64,000 bases of DNA from Octopus vulgaris. Taxonomy: Eukaryota. The notes beneath the pieces were generated by a model. That model ran no database searches. It was not told where the DNA came from and saw only the letters and a program-made list of their open reading frames with translations. The stretch spans positions 14,632,001 to 14,696,000 of the forward strand of contig OX597819.1 of assembly GCA_951406725.2 (NCBI GenBank). The letters are read 5' to 3'. The first letter of the stretch is position 1. Every line of letters begins with the position of its first letter. The position numbers and the translations under genes are program-made. This document shows positions 11,386-23,380 of the stretch, one piece after another.

Positions 11386-12514
11386 GAATTGGTAGAATCA
11401 TTAGAGCATCGACTTATAGTAATTTGTCCTGGTTCTGTTTTGAGTTCAAGTGCCGCTGAGAGTAGCATTGCTTCTCATCCTCTCGGGGTCAGTAGGAATA
11501 AAATCCAGTCAAATACTAGGGAGAACAGGGCAAAAAGGGAAGCAATTAGACTGATGGGGTGGGTTGGTGGCAGACAACCAGGGAAGAGAGTAAAAAACAC
11601 ATTTGCTATCAACTAGAGCCTCATAAAGTCTTTCTCTCCAGCCATCTTTCTCCCTCCTCTTTTTTGTCTGACTGTCAGTCTCTCTGTCTATCTGTCTCTC
11701 TTTCCCTCTTTCTTCCTCTTTCCCTCTGGATGGATTGTACCCGTGATTCAAAAATCCCCCTTAATCTTGAGCTGGTTGAGAAAAATACGTTAAGATGTCC
11801 GTAGAATATTCTGCCATGAGTCGGAGTTGCCCGACGATGATCGGACAGTTCAGTGCTCGTTGTCGAAAGAGAATCAGAATCCATCCCACCCCCACATTCC
11901 CACTGGCATTTTCACTATCCATGACAACACCCCACCCCATTCCCCTATCATCTCTTTTTTGTTAGTATTGGGACCACGCCTGCGGTTTGAGGATAAACCC
12001 ATGAGCTTCCTTCTTTTCATCTTTCTAGTTTTATAATCTCTCGTTCTCTCCCTCTCTTCCCCCTCTCTTCCTCCTTCTCTTTCTTCTATGATTTAAATGA
12101 TCAGCTGACTCCCCACCTCACAGCTGAATCCCCGCCCCTTGCCGTCTCTCTACTCCACCGTTAATATCTTTTCTCCTCCATTCTTATCTCGCTTCACTAG
12201 TTTTATTCTCCTTAAATGCATGAAGAATACCAATTTGACATTCCACTGCAAAATAAATCAATGAAAAAAACCGCAAGTCTGCGATGACGTCACTCAAAAC
12301 GAACGAATGAAGGTCACTGTAGGTGGTCAGTTGAACTGCTAGATATCGCAACCGAATACCCTCAGATAACATACCAATGTTTTAGAAGGTTACATTGATC
12401 TGTGTAATCCTAGATAGACAACAGACGTGCAGCGAAAAAAGGGGAAGAGAAAGAGAAAATTATTTTTCCTTCTCTCATTCCAAACCGTTTCCTTCTTAAG
12501 CCCCCATATAATTG

Positions 12515-12631
12515 TCATCGTCATCATCGTCATCATCGTCATCATCATCAAGAAGCACTTTATCATCATCATCATCATCATCATCGTCGTCGTCGTCATC
12601 GTCATCGTCATCATCATCATCATCATCATCC

Positions 12632-12675
<44 letters not shown>

Positions 12676-12676
12676 G

Positions 12677-12732
<56 letters not shown>

Positions 12733-12758
12733 GTCATCATCATCAAGAAGCACTTTAT
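12515..12758. repeat. (ATC)n microsatellite with duplicated aagaagcactttat
   Basis: Seen directly; duplicate at about 12550 and 12745. Confidence 0.9.
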
Positions 12759-12940
12759 TCCCGATTGTGCTATTTCCGCCATCGTACCAGAGGGACATGT
12801 CGCTTCTCCAGTTTACGCTTTTCTAAAGAAGAAGCTGTACCAAATGGAAACAACCAGAGTTGTAGGCCACTGGATCGGGTTAATAAGCTAGCATACTTTA
12901 CGTTTGTATAAAGCACTTCGTTTACGGATTGTGTGTGTGC

Positions 12941-12975
<35 letters not shown>

Positions 12976-13247
12976 TTTGCGTTCTTGTCCCACTTTAATT
13001 TGGTTATTTTTCATTTGTCCTGCTCGCTTACGTTCTTGGTGTGCCGAATTATTTCTTGAGAACAATTCTTAGTCGTTGAGTCCCTTTGCGGATCTATATC
13101 TAGCGTAAGAGCGTCCACATAGTGGATTCTCTCTCATAGTTGTGTATTAATAATATTTACTGAATCTCAGTCTTTTATACGCTAGGCCACTGGTGTTTAA
13201 ATTGATGTTATTAAATTAATATCCAATTTTTTCACCCTCTTTTTGAC

Positions 13248-13301
<54 letters not shown>

Positions 13302-13412
13302 ATCACGTGACCAACCAGACCATCAGATGTTGTTACACATCGCTGGTCACAATGCATTCGCATTGATTTAGTCTTCGAATGACGCCACCCCACTGGCTAA
13401 GCGAGCAGGCCA

Positions 13413-13494
<82 letters not shown>

Positions 13495-13524
13495 AAACTG
13501 AAAGAAGCCCGTCATATATATATA

Positions 13525-13867
13525 GACCCTAGGATTTATTCTTTGTAAGCCTAGTACTTAATCTGTTGGTCTCTTTTGCCGAACTGCTAAATTACGGGGA
13601 TGCAAACACACCAACATCGGTTGTCAAACGATGGTGAGAGGACAAATACAGTCACACAAACACACACATACAAACATGCGCACACACACACACACACCCA
13701 CAAACACGCAGACACACACACAGACACACACACACAAACACACAGACACACGCACACACACAGACATACATACACACACACACACACACAAACACACATA
13801 CACACGCACACAAACACACACACATACACACACAAACAAACACACAGACACAAGCACACACACACAG

Positions 13868-13916
<49 letters not shown>

Positions 13917-14063
13917 CTTACACGATGAGCTTCTTTTGGTTTTCACTCACAAGGCTTTGGTTGGCCTGGAGCTATAGTAGAAGACACTTGCCCAAGGTTC
14001 CACGCAGTGGGACTGAACCCAGAACCATGTGGTTGGGAAGCAAGCTTCTTACCACACAACCAC
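13525..14063 (-). mobile_element. SINE family A with expanded internal (CA)n
   Basis: Body and head homology flank about 260 bp of CA-rich repeat. Confidence 0.85.
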
Positions 14064-14175
14064 ACGTGTATGTATGTATGTATGTATGTATGTATGTATG
14101 TATGTATGTATGTATGTATGTATGTATGTATGTATGTATGAATGTATGTATGTATGTATGTATGTATATATGTCA

Positions 14176-14253
14176 GGTCACTTTCGAGTGCTACTGGTAA
14201 AATGTGACCCAGTACAACCTGTTGCATGGCCGGGTCGTTGGCGACTAAACCGG
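14176..14253 (+). ncRNA. Candidate HDV-like ribozyme (degenerate)
   Basis: P1 ggtca/tggcc, P2 ccagt/accgg (1 mismatch), P3 aca/tgc (1 mismatch), L3 acctgt with CC, GG, P4 tcg-ttgg-cga, then C-TAA. Confidence 0.45.
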
Positions 14254-14722
14254 CAACCCCACCAAGCTTGCTTGGTGCGGAGGGTGTTTATTGGACACCC
14301 TGCGGGATGAAAAACAAAACCCGTCAAAGGGCGGAGGAACTCTTGGGAGTCAACAGCCATCCAATAAATACCTTAAGGCTGTATCATGCGCTGGGACATA
14401 GAAATAATCGGACTGAATACCCGATCGCGCGGTTAAACCATTGGGAATGAAGGACTTCTAGCCTCTGTTAGGGCATCCTTCTAGGAGAAGGTAACTCAGG
14501 TAACTGGGATAACTCCGACAAAATCTGCGGCTCAGTGGTTACCGATGATGTTGACTTGTTCTTCTTTTCGGATTATGGCTGCTGTTGCTTAGTGAGTGGG
14601 ATTGACTCAGTGCACAGCCTTTCCCCACTTAAAAAATTATCTTCTTGCACAGGCATTGCACGATAACAACATTGATGAAGCTTCGTGCAACGGCCATACT
14701 CGATAACGAGATGGCAGCCACC
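14176..14722 (+). mobile_element. RTE-like 5' UTR or non-autonomous element within (TATG)n
   Basis: GC-richer block between microsatellites; ggcgactaaaccggcaacccc and ctaggagaaggtaactc resemble RTE-clade 5' UTRs; HDV-like fold at the start. Confidence 0.45.
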
Positions 14723-14980
14723 ATGTATGTATATATATATATTTATTTATTTATATATATGTATGTATGTATACACACATACATACAACTGTGTTTGTGT
14801 TTGCGCACATATACATATATATTATATGTAGTGCCTGTGTGGTAAGTAGCTTGCCGGACCGACCAAAGCCATGTGAGTTGATTTGGTAGACGGAAACTGA
14901 AAGAAGCCTGTCGTATGTATGTATGCATATATACATACATACATACATACATACATACATACATACATACATACATACAT

Positions 14981-15059
<79 letters not shown>

Positions 15060-15463
15060 TATCTTTTACTTGTTTCAGTCATTAGACCGCGGCCATGCTG
15101 GGGCACCGCCTTGAAATTTTTGTGGAATGAATGAATCGATCCCTTTACTTCTTTTTTGACCCGGGTACTTATTCTATCGGGCTCTTTTGCCGAACCGCTA
15201 AGTTACGAGGGGCGCAAACACATGAACACCGGTTGTCAAGCGGTGACGGGGAGACAGACACCGACACAAAGACACACACACACACACACACACACATACA
15301 AATACACACACATGCATATGACGAGCTTCTTTCAGTTTCTACTAAATTCACTCACAAGGCTTTAATCTGTACAAGGCATTTACCCAAGGTACCACAAAGT
15401 CGGAATGAACCCAAAACCATGCGGGAAACCATATGGGAAGCAAATGTCTGACCACACAGCCAC
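15060..15463 (-). mobile_element. SINE family A, diverged
   Basis: Homology along most of the length. Confidence 0.8.
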
Positions 15464-15541
15464 TTTGATAATTAGATGTATATAAACATCTAATTATTAA
15501 AGTAGAAAAATAGTCTGTAAAGCCATTTCCATTCATTTTTC

Positions 15542-15629
<88 letters not shown>

Positions 15630-15632
<3 letters not shown>

Positions 15633-15930
15633 TTTTTTATTTCGCCCTTTTCAAGCATAGCCCGGCTCATGGGCCCGGTTTCCCGGTTTCTGTGGCGTAT
15701 GTGTTCCCCCCAGCTGGACGGGACGCCAGTCCATCGCAGCGTTTCTCAAGAAACAGGAAGAGAGAGTGAGAGAAAGTTGTGGCGAAAGAGTACAACAGGG
15801 GTCACCATCACCCTCTGCCGGAGCCTGGTGGAGCTTTTAGGTGTTTTCGCTCAATACACACACACAACGCCCGGTCTGGGAATGGAAACCGCTAGTCCAC
15901 TGCCTTAACCATTGGGTCATTGCGCCTCCA
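15630..15930 (-). mobile_element. SINE family C (tRNA-derived)
   Basis: Minus strand ggaggcgcaatgacccaatggttaaggcag...gagcgaaaacacctaaaagctcc; head shared with 41840. Confidence 0.8.
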
Positions 15931-16236
15931 CACACACATACATATATATATATTCACAATGAGGATATTCAAACTTCTTATAGGGATATTTATCCAAGGT
16001 ACACTGGTTTAATATGTAAACATTTTGAAGAGAATGAATAAATTATATAGAATATCGTAAAATATCAAATATTTTTATTGAGCAGAGAGATCCAATGGAT
16101 ACAAATTAATTAATTAATTAATTAATTAATCAACATATTTACCAACAATTGTTTCATTTCTCAAATAATCTTAATCTTATTTGTGAAATTAAGTACAGAA
16201 ATTAAATTGTTTCCATTAGATCTCTCTGTTTAATAA

Positions 16237-16308
<72 letters not shown>

Positions 16309-16434
16309 TCAACAACAACAAAGGAACGGCCTCAATAGGCCATTCGACCCACTAGAAAGAGCAGCCAGGACTCAAACCGCCAAGTAGTAGTAATTCGGAA
16401 ATTAAAGGAAAATTTAAAAACAACATAAAAAGCA

Positions 16435-16516
<82 letters not shown>

Positions 16517-16816
16517 TTGAGTATTCTTGCCAACGAATGGGGTGACCTAGTTGAATACACGGAAAGAACTGGGTCACTGGTACAAGAACTCTTAAGCTTA
16601 ACTTGAGAAATCTTCGCATCAACCGTGTCATTAACCGATTCTACTAAAAAACAAAAAGCATTTATACGTCGTATCAAATCAGTTCGATAACATAGATCGG
16701 ACAGCATCGATCGACCAAAAGTACATCGTATATGGCACGAATAGTATTTTGAGAGTTGAAAAGAAGACTGTCGGAAGCTCTTCCCTGAGTAAGTATTAAG
16801 ATTATATTGTACAGAC

Positions 16817-17238
16817 TTACTCTCTACTCTTTTTCTCTTTTACTTGTTTCAGTCATTTGACTGCGGCCATTCTGGAGCACCGCCTTTTTTTAGTCGACCC
16901 CGGGACTTATTCTTTGTAAGCCCAGTACTTATTCTATCGGTCTCTTTTGCCGAACCGCTAAGTGACGGGGACGTAAACACACCAACATCGGTTGTCAAGC
17001 AATGCAAGGGGGACAAACACAGACACACAAACACACAAACACACATACATATATATATATACATACATATATACGACAGGCTTCTTTCAGTTTCCGTCTA
17101 CCAAATCCACTCACAAGGCATTGGTCGGCCCGGGGCTATAGCAGAAGACACTTGCCCAAGATGCCACGCAGTGGGACTGAACCCGGAACCATGTGGTTGG
17201 TTAGCAAGCTACTTACCACACAGCCACTCCTGCGCCTA
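16817..17238 (-). mobile_element. SINE family A, full length
   Basis: Near-identical to 7465-7868. Confidence 0.9.
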
Positions 17239-17783
17239 TGACTTAGGGAAGTTTGTAAAGCTTTGCCAGTCGAAATCATCAGACGAAAAGACATTCTATT
17301 TATCAGTAGAAAGCCATACATGACTATGCTGTCAGACGTCTTCTGAGTGAGATAGACGGAGATAAGCAGAGGGAGAGAGAGACAGAGAGAGAGAAAGAGA
17401 CAGAGAGAGAGAGAGAGAGAGAGTACAGAGAGAGTAGAGAGAGAAAGTCCTATCTGGGACCAACAACTGTTCCCTTATCTCTCACCATTGAACGATTTAA
17501 TTTTGCTATGCAGGAACAGGAAATAATATGAAAATACCTGATGCAGGATAGGAAGAGGGATACAGGTAAGACCCCTAAATGTGAAAAACCAACACTGACT
17601 CCCTTTTATCGGTGATATCTTATCAGACTCGACTAGCAGTAACCTCTCAGTGTAAGAGGAGACAGAAATGTACATAAAAAAGATTTAGATATAAATATAC
17701 ATCAATATAGATATACTTCAACATGAAAATAAAAATATATAAATGAATATAAAAATATATCAATATATATATATATAATATAG

Positions 17784-17866
<83 letters not shown>

Positions 17867-18093
17867 GCAAATATGTGTGTGTGTGTGTGTGCGTGTATGG
17901 GTACAGGGCGTCACAAACCGTAAACAACTGGAAATACGAAAACAAATGAGTTGAATACACTAACAACGAGAGAAACAAATGGAAAACAGGACAAGTAACA
18001 CAAAGAACGACCCTTCATCAGTTGTCGGCTGTCCATCTACTCCTCATTTCGAGCATTGAATATGAGTCTTCGAAGGTAGTTATTCCCCGCCCC

Positions 18094-18156
<63 letters not shown>

Positions 18157-19004
18157 ACAACAAATTGATAAATAAAACATATGCATATATACATACATAT
18201 CTGTACGTACCTACATCTACATGTATATATACATGCATATATGGGTACAGGACACAAAAAACGTCGAACACAATGAGAAACGAAAACATAAACACAAAAC
18301 CAAGGAAATGGACATTTTTCTTAAACAACGAAAAAATAGAGTACAGGACATACAACACAAGGAAACTTCCCCTTCTTCAGTCGCCTCTGTTTCATTTACA
18401 CCGCGTTTCGAAGGTCAAGGCGAGACACGACTTCGTTGAAACATTCCTTCCCGCAAAAGGCAAATTTTAAAAAAATTGAGATTTTTTTGCGGAGGGGTAA
18501 AAATGGTAACAAACACAGGACAATAAAGATAGTACAAAATATAAACAGTTAAAGATAGGACAAGGAGAATAACAGTAACACAGACATTTAGGGCTGTTGG
18601 AGAGAAATATATATATATATATATATATATTTCCCTCCATTTTCACTTCACTGTGTCCCTGTCCTTTTTCTTGCCCCTCCTTAATTCTTCTGTCCCTCTG
18701 CTTGTACTCCTCTGCCTTCTCTTTCCACGTGACCGCGTGGTCAGCCTAGCCTGTTCTTTCTTTCTTGGTCTGACCGCCGTCCGTGCAACGTCGATATTCT
18801 TCTCTGTGTTAGTGAAATTTTTGTATCTCTGCTGTAAGGCTCCATTTCCACACGCGCCAGCTTAATTCAATTCGTCCTTAGTCGAAAGACACCTGTTGTT
18901 ATGTCCTGTTATTATCTTTATTGTATTTATTATTGTGTTTATATTTGTGTAACATTGTCCGTTTTTTTTTCTGGCCTTGTATTTGTATACATTCGTTGCA
19001 ATTG

Positions 19005-19178
19005 GAGCAATCTCAAGAATAATCAGCGGAAATTGCGAGGATAATCTGGTGCTTGACTGAGGGTAGCGGGCTTCGAATGACCTGTCCTTGTTTTCTTCGT
19101 ATCGTCTATCTGTATGTTTTGTTGTCCCTTTTTGCATCGCCTAACCTTCTGGATGTTTTGCTTTCTTGTCCCATTTTG

Positions 19179-19182
<4 letters not shown>
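19005..19182 (+). repeat. (TA)n-associated dispersed repeat; also at about 3355-3455 (+) and 50350-50472 (-)
   Basis: Shared taatcagc(c/g)gaaattg(c/t)gaggat..ttgactga..gcttcgaatgacc. Confidence 0.75.
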
Positions 19183-19247
<65 letters not shown>

Positions 19248-19516
19248 GTCTGCCAAGGTCGATTTTACCTTTCATCTTATCGGAGTCGATAAGATAAGTA
19301 GCTGTTGAGCAGTGAGGTCGATGCAATCGTCTTCTCCCCTCTTCGAAATTGCTGGATTGCTAGCCTCCTACCAAAATTTTACATGAACATAAGTATATAT
19401 ATATAAGTATAAATAGATTTAAATATGAACAATAAATACATAGAAACATACCAAGTTGTCATAGTCAGAAATATGTTCTTCACCAATGAACGAAATGTCT
19501 CTGACACTATCACATC

Positions 19517-19579
<63 letters not shown>

Positions 19580-19650
19580 ACACACACTCTCTCTCTCTTT
19601 TTCTCTCTTACCCTTGCGATACCTATGTGGATGTATGTGTGTGTGTGTCT

Positions 19651-19724
<74 letters not shown>

Positions 19725-20005
19725 ATATATTCCCTGCCGATCACTTTTGATATTGTTAAATTTCGTGAACATTTAATCTTTTGCACATGTTTTCTACTTC
19801 GCAATTAAAAAAAAAGGTATTTTTTAATCCCATACGTTTATACCATTGATAAACAGAACATTGTCGAAACTAGTTTGGTATGAATGTATATAAATTTATT
19901 TAAAAACAATTACAAGCTTTTTTCAAAGTCAGGTGCATTTCCAAAAACAAATTCTTCTATATTTTTTCCTGTATAGAAATTACACCCCTTCTTTCCATAT
20001 GTATG

Positions 20006-20066
<61 letters not shown>

Positions 20067-20084
20067 CGGGAAGCTTTATGAAAA

Positions 20085-20258
20085 TAAACAAAAGACGAAG
20101 GCAGGTGGAAAACAAACGAACAATTGTATTAGTATGGCGCTCAGGAAATATAAATAAAACAAGTCTTTAACGTTTCGAGCCTACGCTCTTCAACAGAAAG
20201 ATACACAGAGAGAGAAAAACACAGAAAGAAGGAGAGAAAAAAATGCGTGCAGTAGCTA

Positions 20259-20260
<2 letters not shown>
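20085..20260 (-). mobile_element. Penelope-like pLTR fragment with variant minimal hammerhead (20164-20201)
   Basis: Minus strand TCTTT-CTGTTGAA-GAGC gtag GCTC-GAAA-CGTT-AAAGA; the tail is homologous to 5300-5360; both abut (TA)n. Confidence 0.6.
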
Positions 20261-20301
<41 letters not shown>

Positions 20302-20339
20302 TGTTTGTGCCTCTGTGTGTGTTTATATACTAACATACC

Positions 20340-20569
20340 TATTTCTTTATTACCCACAAGGGGCTAAACACAGAGGGGACAAACAAGGACAGACATAGGT
20401 ATTAAGTCGATTACATCGACCCCAGTGCGTAACTGGTACTTAATTTATCGACCCCGAAAGGATGAAAGGCAAAGTCTACCTCGGCGGAATTTGAACTCAC
20501 AACATAACGCAGACGAAATACCGCTAAGCATTTCGCCCGGCGTGCTAACGTTTCTGCCATCTCGCCGCC
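20340..20569 (-). mobile_element. SINE family B monomer with TSD
   Basis: Full head to tail; ttatatactaacatacc duplicated on both sides. Confidence 0.9.
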
Positions 20570-20672
20570 TGTTATATACTAACATACCCATTACTCACAT
20601 ATGCACTCATATCTATATACATGCTTTTGCAGGTGTATATGTGAACGTATCTTTAAGTGTGTGTGTGCGTGT

Positions 20673-20718
<46 letters not shown>

Positions 20719-21410
20719 GTGTGTGTGCGTGTATGTTGTGCGTGCATGCGTGCGTGTGTGGATGGCCAGATTGGCAACGGAGCATTCCCACAGAGGCCAA
20801 ACAAACGAAATATGTCTATGAAGCGGAACCCAATGGAGTAGAGAAAGAACAGCAGAATAGATGAATAATAGATGAATGGAGAGGAGTCTATGAATGAAAG
20901 CATTCATAGAATTAATGAATGACTGACTAATGGAATAATGGAATAGATGAATGAATGCAAATACTGAATCGATGACAACTTGGATTAGTTAACCAATGAG
21001 CAAGGCTCAAAATAGTTGCTCGCATTGCAGCCAATAGCAGTCAAATCTTCCTCAAATCACGCCCAACGTTCAACAATCAGAGAGGGACACATTGAATAAT
21101 GTAGTCCGAGATGAATGACGCCGGGGGAAAAAGAAAGATGGGAGGGGCTAACTGAACTTAATGGATTTGTTGCTTTCATTTTTGTTTATTTATTTATTTA
21201 TTTTTGTTTTTAGATTTGATGTACCTGAGGGAGAGTTTTGTCTACTAATTGCGGGGACAATCTCGATAAATCGAAGTTTTCAACAGAGTACTATACACAC
21301 GTACATACACGCACGCACGCACACACACACACACAAGCACAAATACAGACACACAGACACACACACACACATACACACACACACGCAAATATTACAAATG
21401 TAAGATTATA

Positions 21411-21549
21411 TTGAAGGTGCGTGGCTTAGTGGTTAGAGGTATTCAGCTTACGGTCGTAAGGTCGTGAGTTCGATTCCCGGTGGCGTGGCTCCTTGAGCAA
21501 GACACTTAATTTCACATTGCTCCAGTCCACTCAGCTGGTAAAAATGAGG
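21411..21549 (+). mobile_element. SINE family D head (tRNA plus CORE-like domain)
   Basis: tggcttagtgg A box, gagttcgattcc B box, ccttgagcaagacactt; homologous to 59399-59738. Confidence 0.8.
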
Positions 21550-22047
21550 CATAATTCAATACGAACTGCTTGAGCGCAACCGGACACTCAATGCGGAGCT
21601 CTACGTTCAACGACTGCACCGACTCAACGAAGTAACTCAGTAAAAACAGACCAAATAGGCGAAATGACGTTTTCCTATAATGCGACAACGCTCGTCCTTA
21701 CGTCGCCAATATGACCAAAGCCGCGATTCAAGAACTTGAATGGGAAGTGCAGCTTTATCCTCCATACTCTCCAAACTTGGCACCATCAGATTTTTATCTC
21801 TATCGAATGTTTTCGAACGCTTTGCGTGGAATTGAGGGCTTGGTTGGACGAACGCTTTGAGTCAAGACCGGGAGACTTCTATCGCCGAGGCATCGGAAAA
21901 CAAATTGAACGATGGGAGAAAGTTCTGGACTACAACGGAGCGTATCTTATTGATTAATACAGTTCTATATTTAAGAGATGAAGAATTATGTACATTATTT
22001 ACATTATTTACATTTGACGGATATTTGTCCTCATCTGGTTTGTTCTT

Positions 22048-22093
22048 AACACAACGTTTCGGCTGATATACCTTCCAGCCTTCATCAGGTATC
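22048..22093 (-). ncRNA. Minimal (Penelope-type) hammerhead ribozyme
   Basis: GATAC-CTGATGA-A-GGCTG gaaggtatat CAGCC-GAAA-CGTT-GTGTT; palindromic AACGTT replaces stem III. Confidence 0.75.
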
Positions 22094-22131
22094 TTGGGGA
22101 ATGAGAACCCAGTTTCGAAATTTCCCCCCAT

Positions 22132-22177
22132 GACACCTGATGAAGACTGGAAGGTATATCAGCCGAAACGTTGTGCT
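22132..22177 (+). ncRNA. Minimal hammerhead ribozyme, second arm (stem mismatches)
   Basis: GACAC-CTGATGA-A-GACTG...CAGCC-GAAA-CGTT-GTGCT. Confidence 0.65.
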
Positions 22178-22577
22178 AGCAACAAACAAGATGAGGACAA
22201 ATATCCGTCAAATGTAAATAAAGTAAATAATGTATGATTGATTAATTTGTTGTAGTTTTTTTTTTTTGTTCAAAATAAATCTGAAAAAAAAAACGCTCAG
22301 GAATTATTCCTCAACCCAATACATATTACATATGTATGACTATGCAGTAGAATGTATATGGTGGTTGCGTACGGCCATTCAAGTATGGTATGAATCCTTT
22401 CAGAAATAGCTTTTTTCAGATACGAAGTGGAGGTGGGGTGGCTAAAAAGTTCCTGGCTTTGGTCGAATGAAATTTGAACTCAGAACATAAAGACGGGCGA
22501 AATACCGCTAAGCATTTCGTCCAGTGAACTAACGATTCTGCCAGCTCGCCGCCTTAATGATGATGATGATGATGATG

Positions 22578-22665
<88 letters not shown>

Positions 22666-22669
22666 TATG

Positions 22670-22733
<64 letters not shown>

Positions 22734-22749
22734 TGATGATGATAATAAC

Positions 22750-22807
<58 letters not shown>

Positions 22808-23360
22808 GCCCTGATGCAGTACCAGGCAGTGGCTCTCATGGCTTCTGATCTTAACTGATTGGAAGTGTTATCATGTACATTGTTTTGTCTTGGTATAAAA
22901 GATGGGCTACAGCAAATATTCTGCTCAATACCACAGATTTGCTTGTCAGTTGTTTGACCTTAACCAGTTGAGCATGTCCCTTAGTGGCTGACGATATGTG
23001 CATCTCTGATCACGAGCAGAAGTAGTGGGGAGCATCATGGCCATGTGTTGAGAGGGATTCTTTGGAGTTTGAATGGTTCACCTCTGGAAACATAGGTGTT
23101 TCGTTCAACATCCTAAAGCAACCCTTATTCAGGGACCGTTTGAGCAGGATGGGCTACTCAACCTGAAGAAAATTCTAACTGGGCCCCACCTGCAAGGTCA
23201 TGTGCTGTTTATCTTGATATGAGATCACCATGTCGCGCACATATGTTTGTGATGCATGTGCCTGGTGTACCTTTATCAGACGGGTAGTCATGATGGGTAT
23301 ATTGGGCTTCGTATATTTTACCCCAGTGTCACTTTGATGGCATGAACTGCTCTCTCACTC
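22808..23360. mobile_element. About 550-bp non-coding element inserted in (AAT)n
   Basis: Complex sequence bounded sharply by (AAT)n on both sides; no ORF of 60 aa or more within it. Confidence 0.55.
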
Positions 23361-23380
23361 AATAATAATAATAATAATAA

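Larger units (their letters stand above)
21959..22236. mobile_element. Penelope-like inverted pLTR pair with two minimal hammerheads
   Basis: Arms are reverse-complementary, one about 30 bp longer; TSD attgattaat (21949-21958 / 22237-22246). Confidence 0.8.
21550..22321 (+). pseudogene. Mariner transposase 3' relic with right TIR, interrupted by an inverted-repeat insertion
   Basis: Translates DNARPY..AIQELEWEV..YPPYSPNLAPSDF..RWEKVLDYNGAYLID*; TIR ends caacccaata. Confidence 0.85.

Noticed and set aside
21411-21485. tRNA gene (also 41840-41915 and 59665-59738)
   Set aside because: The tRNA-like heads run directly into SINE bodies, two with TSDs, and cloverleaf pairing is imperfect.
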